Shown piece after piece: positions 62,001 through 64,000 of a DNA stretch of 64,000 bases (the first letter of the stretch is position 1; every line of letters begins with the position of its first letter). The stretch is from Vicugna vicugna (taxonomy: Eukaryota). The notes under the pieces were generated by a model. That model saw only the letters and a program-made list of their open reading frames with translations, was not told the DNA's origin and did no database searches. The position numbers and the translations under genes are program-made. The stretch spans positions 1,002,048-1,066,047 of the forward strand of contig MU057947.1 in NCBI GenBank assembly GCA_013265495.1, read 5' to 3'.

Positions 62001-64000
62001 CTCAGCGACGTTTGTCATACAAGGGCACGGCTACTGATTTTCACCAGATTGGGAAGCAATTCAACAGTCATCAGTCGAGGAGCAGAAAGGACCCTGCCTT
62101 CCTGCCTCAGCCCCTGAGTGTCCTCCTCGGCGTCAGCACAGTCCCTGGCTCCTCGGGTGTCCTTCTAGACACGTGCTGGCATGTTAAAGCACGTGCATTT
62201 ACGCATGTGCTTCCCCTAACGAAACCCTGCACGTGTCCACCCCCTTCCACCCACTGTGTCTTGGAAAGTGTTCCGTGTTTGTCTTTGGAGATCCAGCCCG
62301 TTCTCTTAACAGCCCGCCTAGAGTCGCAGTCAGTGGCTGTCCCATCGTTTGTTTAACAGTCCCTTGGTGGTGGGTTTCAAACCACCGTCCATTCCACGTG
62401 GTGGTACCTGTGTCGTGGTGCCCAGAGGTAGCATTTCCATGGTCTCAGCCCTAGAATGGAAGTTGCCGGGTCAGAGGGCAGAAGCTCTTAAAATATTGGT
62501 GGAAGTTGCCAAAATGCACTGTGAAGTCTGTCTGTGTGCGTGTCACTGTCCCACCCGTGTGCCACCAGTGGCCAACAAGGACGGCTGGTCCCCAGAGCCT
62601 CACATTAGGACTTCAAGAATTATTTGATGCTTTCGGTGATGTTTGGAACAGTGAGTTTTTAGAATGGTTTGTCTCTAGAAATTCAAATCACTTCACACTA
62701 CTGGTGTTTTGTGCATTGTGTGACATTTCAAATGAAGTAACAGGTCAAGCCCATGGCCGCTGACCAGCATGTGTTAAGTATTCAGGAAGTGTTGCTCCTT
62801 TTCTCTGGAAGGATAGCTGTCTGTGGCTGTTTTCCAGAAAGAGGAAAAATTCAACTGAGGATATGTTGGAAAGGGGGTAGGAGCTGGCCGAGCTCCTACT
62901 TGTGGGGGCGCCACATCCTTCGTCCAGGCAACCTCCAGCAGCCCTCGGAGCGGGTGGTGTTAACCTGCACCTACCGATGAGCTGCTGGGGCCCAGGGAGG
63001 TCAGGTGCCTCCTCGGGGTCACACTGTCAGTGAACCACGGAACCAGATTAGACCCCAAAGCCTGCGCACTTTGTCCCCCTCAAGCGATTGTCAGCTTCGC
63101 CCATGGGAGTGGCGAGCTTCTGTGTGATGCTCTGTGGCCGAGTGTCTGGAAGCCTCTTCTCTGGGCGTCTGTCGAGCTGTCTACCTGTAGCTGCGGAGCA
63201 ATCAGTCCGCCCCTGGGGACCGATGGCAGAGATGTGCCTGGATCTCACGTAAGCCCCTGCTCACATGTCTCTCCTTAAGTTCTAGCCAAAAGGTCTCAGT
63301 GTTATTCCCAAATTATTCAAGTTAAGAAACAAAACCGGAAGGAAAGTCATGTACATGCCTGGTGCATTATTAATAAGGCAGAGAAAAGCCTCCCCCCCAA
63401 AAGCAGTGAGATCTTCGGGAAAAATAATTTTAACGTTCAAGTGGTCACACAGAGTTTAGAGGGGAAAGGGTCATTTTATACCAAGTTCCCTAAGCCTCCG
63501 AACGAGGCAGAGAGATTTATAATGAAGCCCACAGGAGATAATTCTGACAGGCACAAACCTGTATTTTCTCCATTATTAAGTGCATGTCTTCCTGAAGAAT
63601 AGAATATTTGGTTAAGATATTTTTCTGGTAAGTGTTCTCGGCAGCATGGGGAATTGCTGAGTGACAGCTCGGAGTCAGGCCCTTTCTGAAGAGCCGGACA
63701 GGGTGGGCCTGGGGTCTGGGACCAGCAGTCATTTCCATCCTCAGGAGGAGGAAGGCCGGCTCGCCTGCAAGCCCCCGCTGCCCCCAGGTCCCGGGGACGG
63801 ATGTGCTCAGTCTGTTCCTGAAAGTGCTTGGCTTTCAAGACGCCCACTTTTATGGAACAGTTAATGGTGTGCTGGCTTTAATGTAGATCAAGTGACAGTT
63901 TCATCCAAGCCATGCTGAAGGGGCCAGTGTCCTGGGTTTGCCTTAACAAATCACCACACACTGGGGGACTCAGAACGACAGATACTAATTTTCTCACAGC

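Overview
Mammalian (eutherian) genomic DNA, GC-rich, most likely camelid judging from a tRNA-Ala-headed SINE and cetartiodactyl-type L1/ERV1 repeats. The first ~9.7 kb holds the last five coding exons and 3' UTR of GLRX3 (glutaredoxin-3/PICOT) on the + strand, encoding the C-terminal monothiol CGFS glutaredoxin domain. The remaining ~54 kb has no recognisable protein-coding gene. It is intergenic DNA with many transposon relics (L1, L2, MIR, MaLR/MLT1, ERV1 solo LTRs, hAT MER45/MER58/MER5), microsatellites and an orphan CpG island at ~16.2-17.7 kb with promoter-like motifs. There is one assembly gap (7365-7457). The long six-frame ORFs outside GLRX3 and L1 look like chance ORFs of GC-rich DNA. 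I found no convincing new biological system. The best leads are the orphan CpG-island promoter with candidate downstream exons (possible unannotated lncRNA), a hairpin in the GLRX3 3' UTR, AT-rich non-repeat blocks that may be enhancers, and several clean insertion footprints. Repeat family names come from my recall of consensus sequences and need Dfam/RepeatMasker confirmation.
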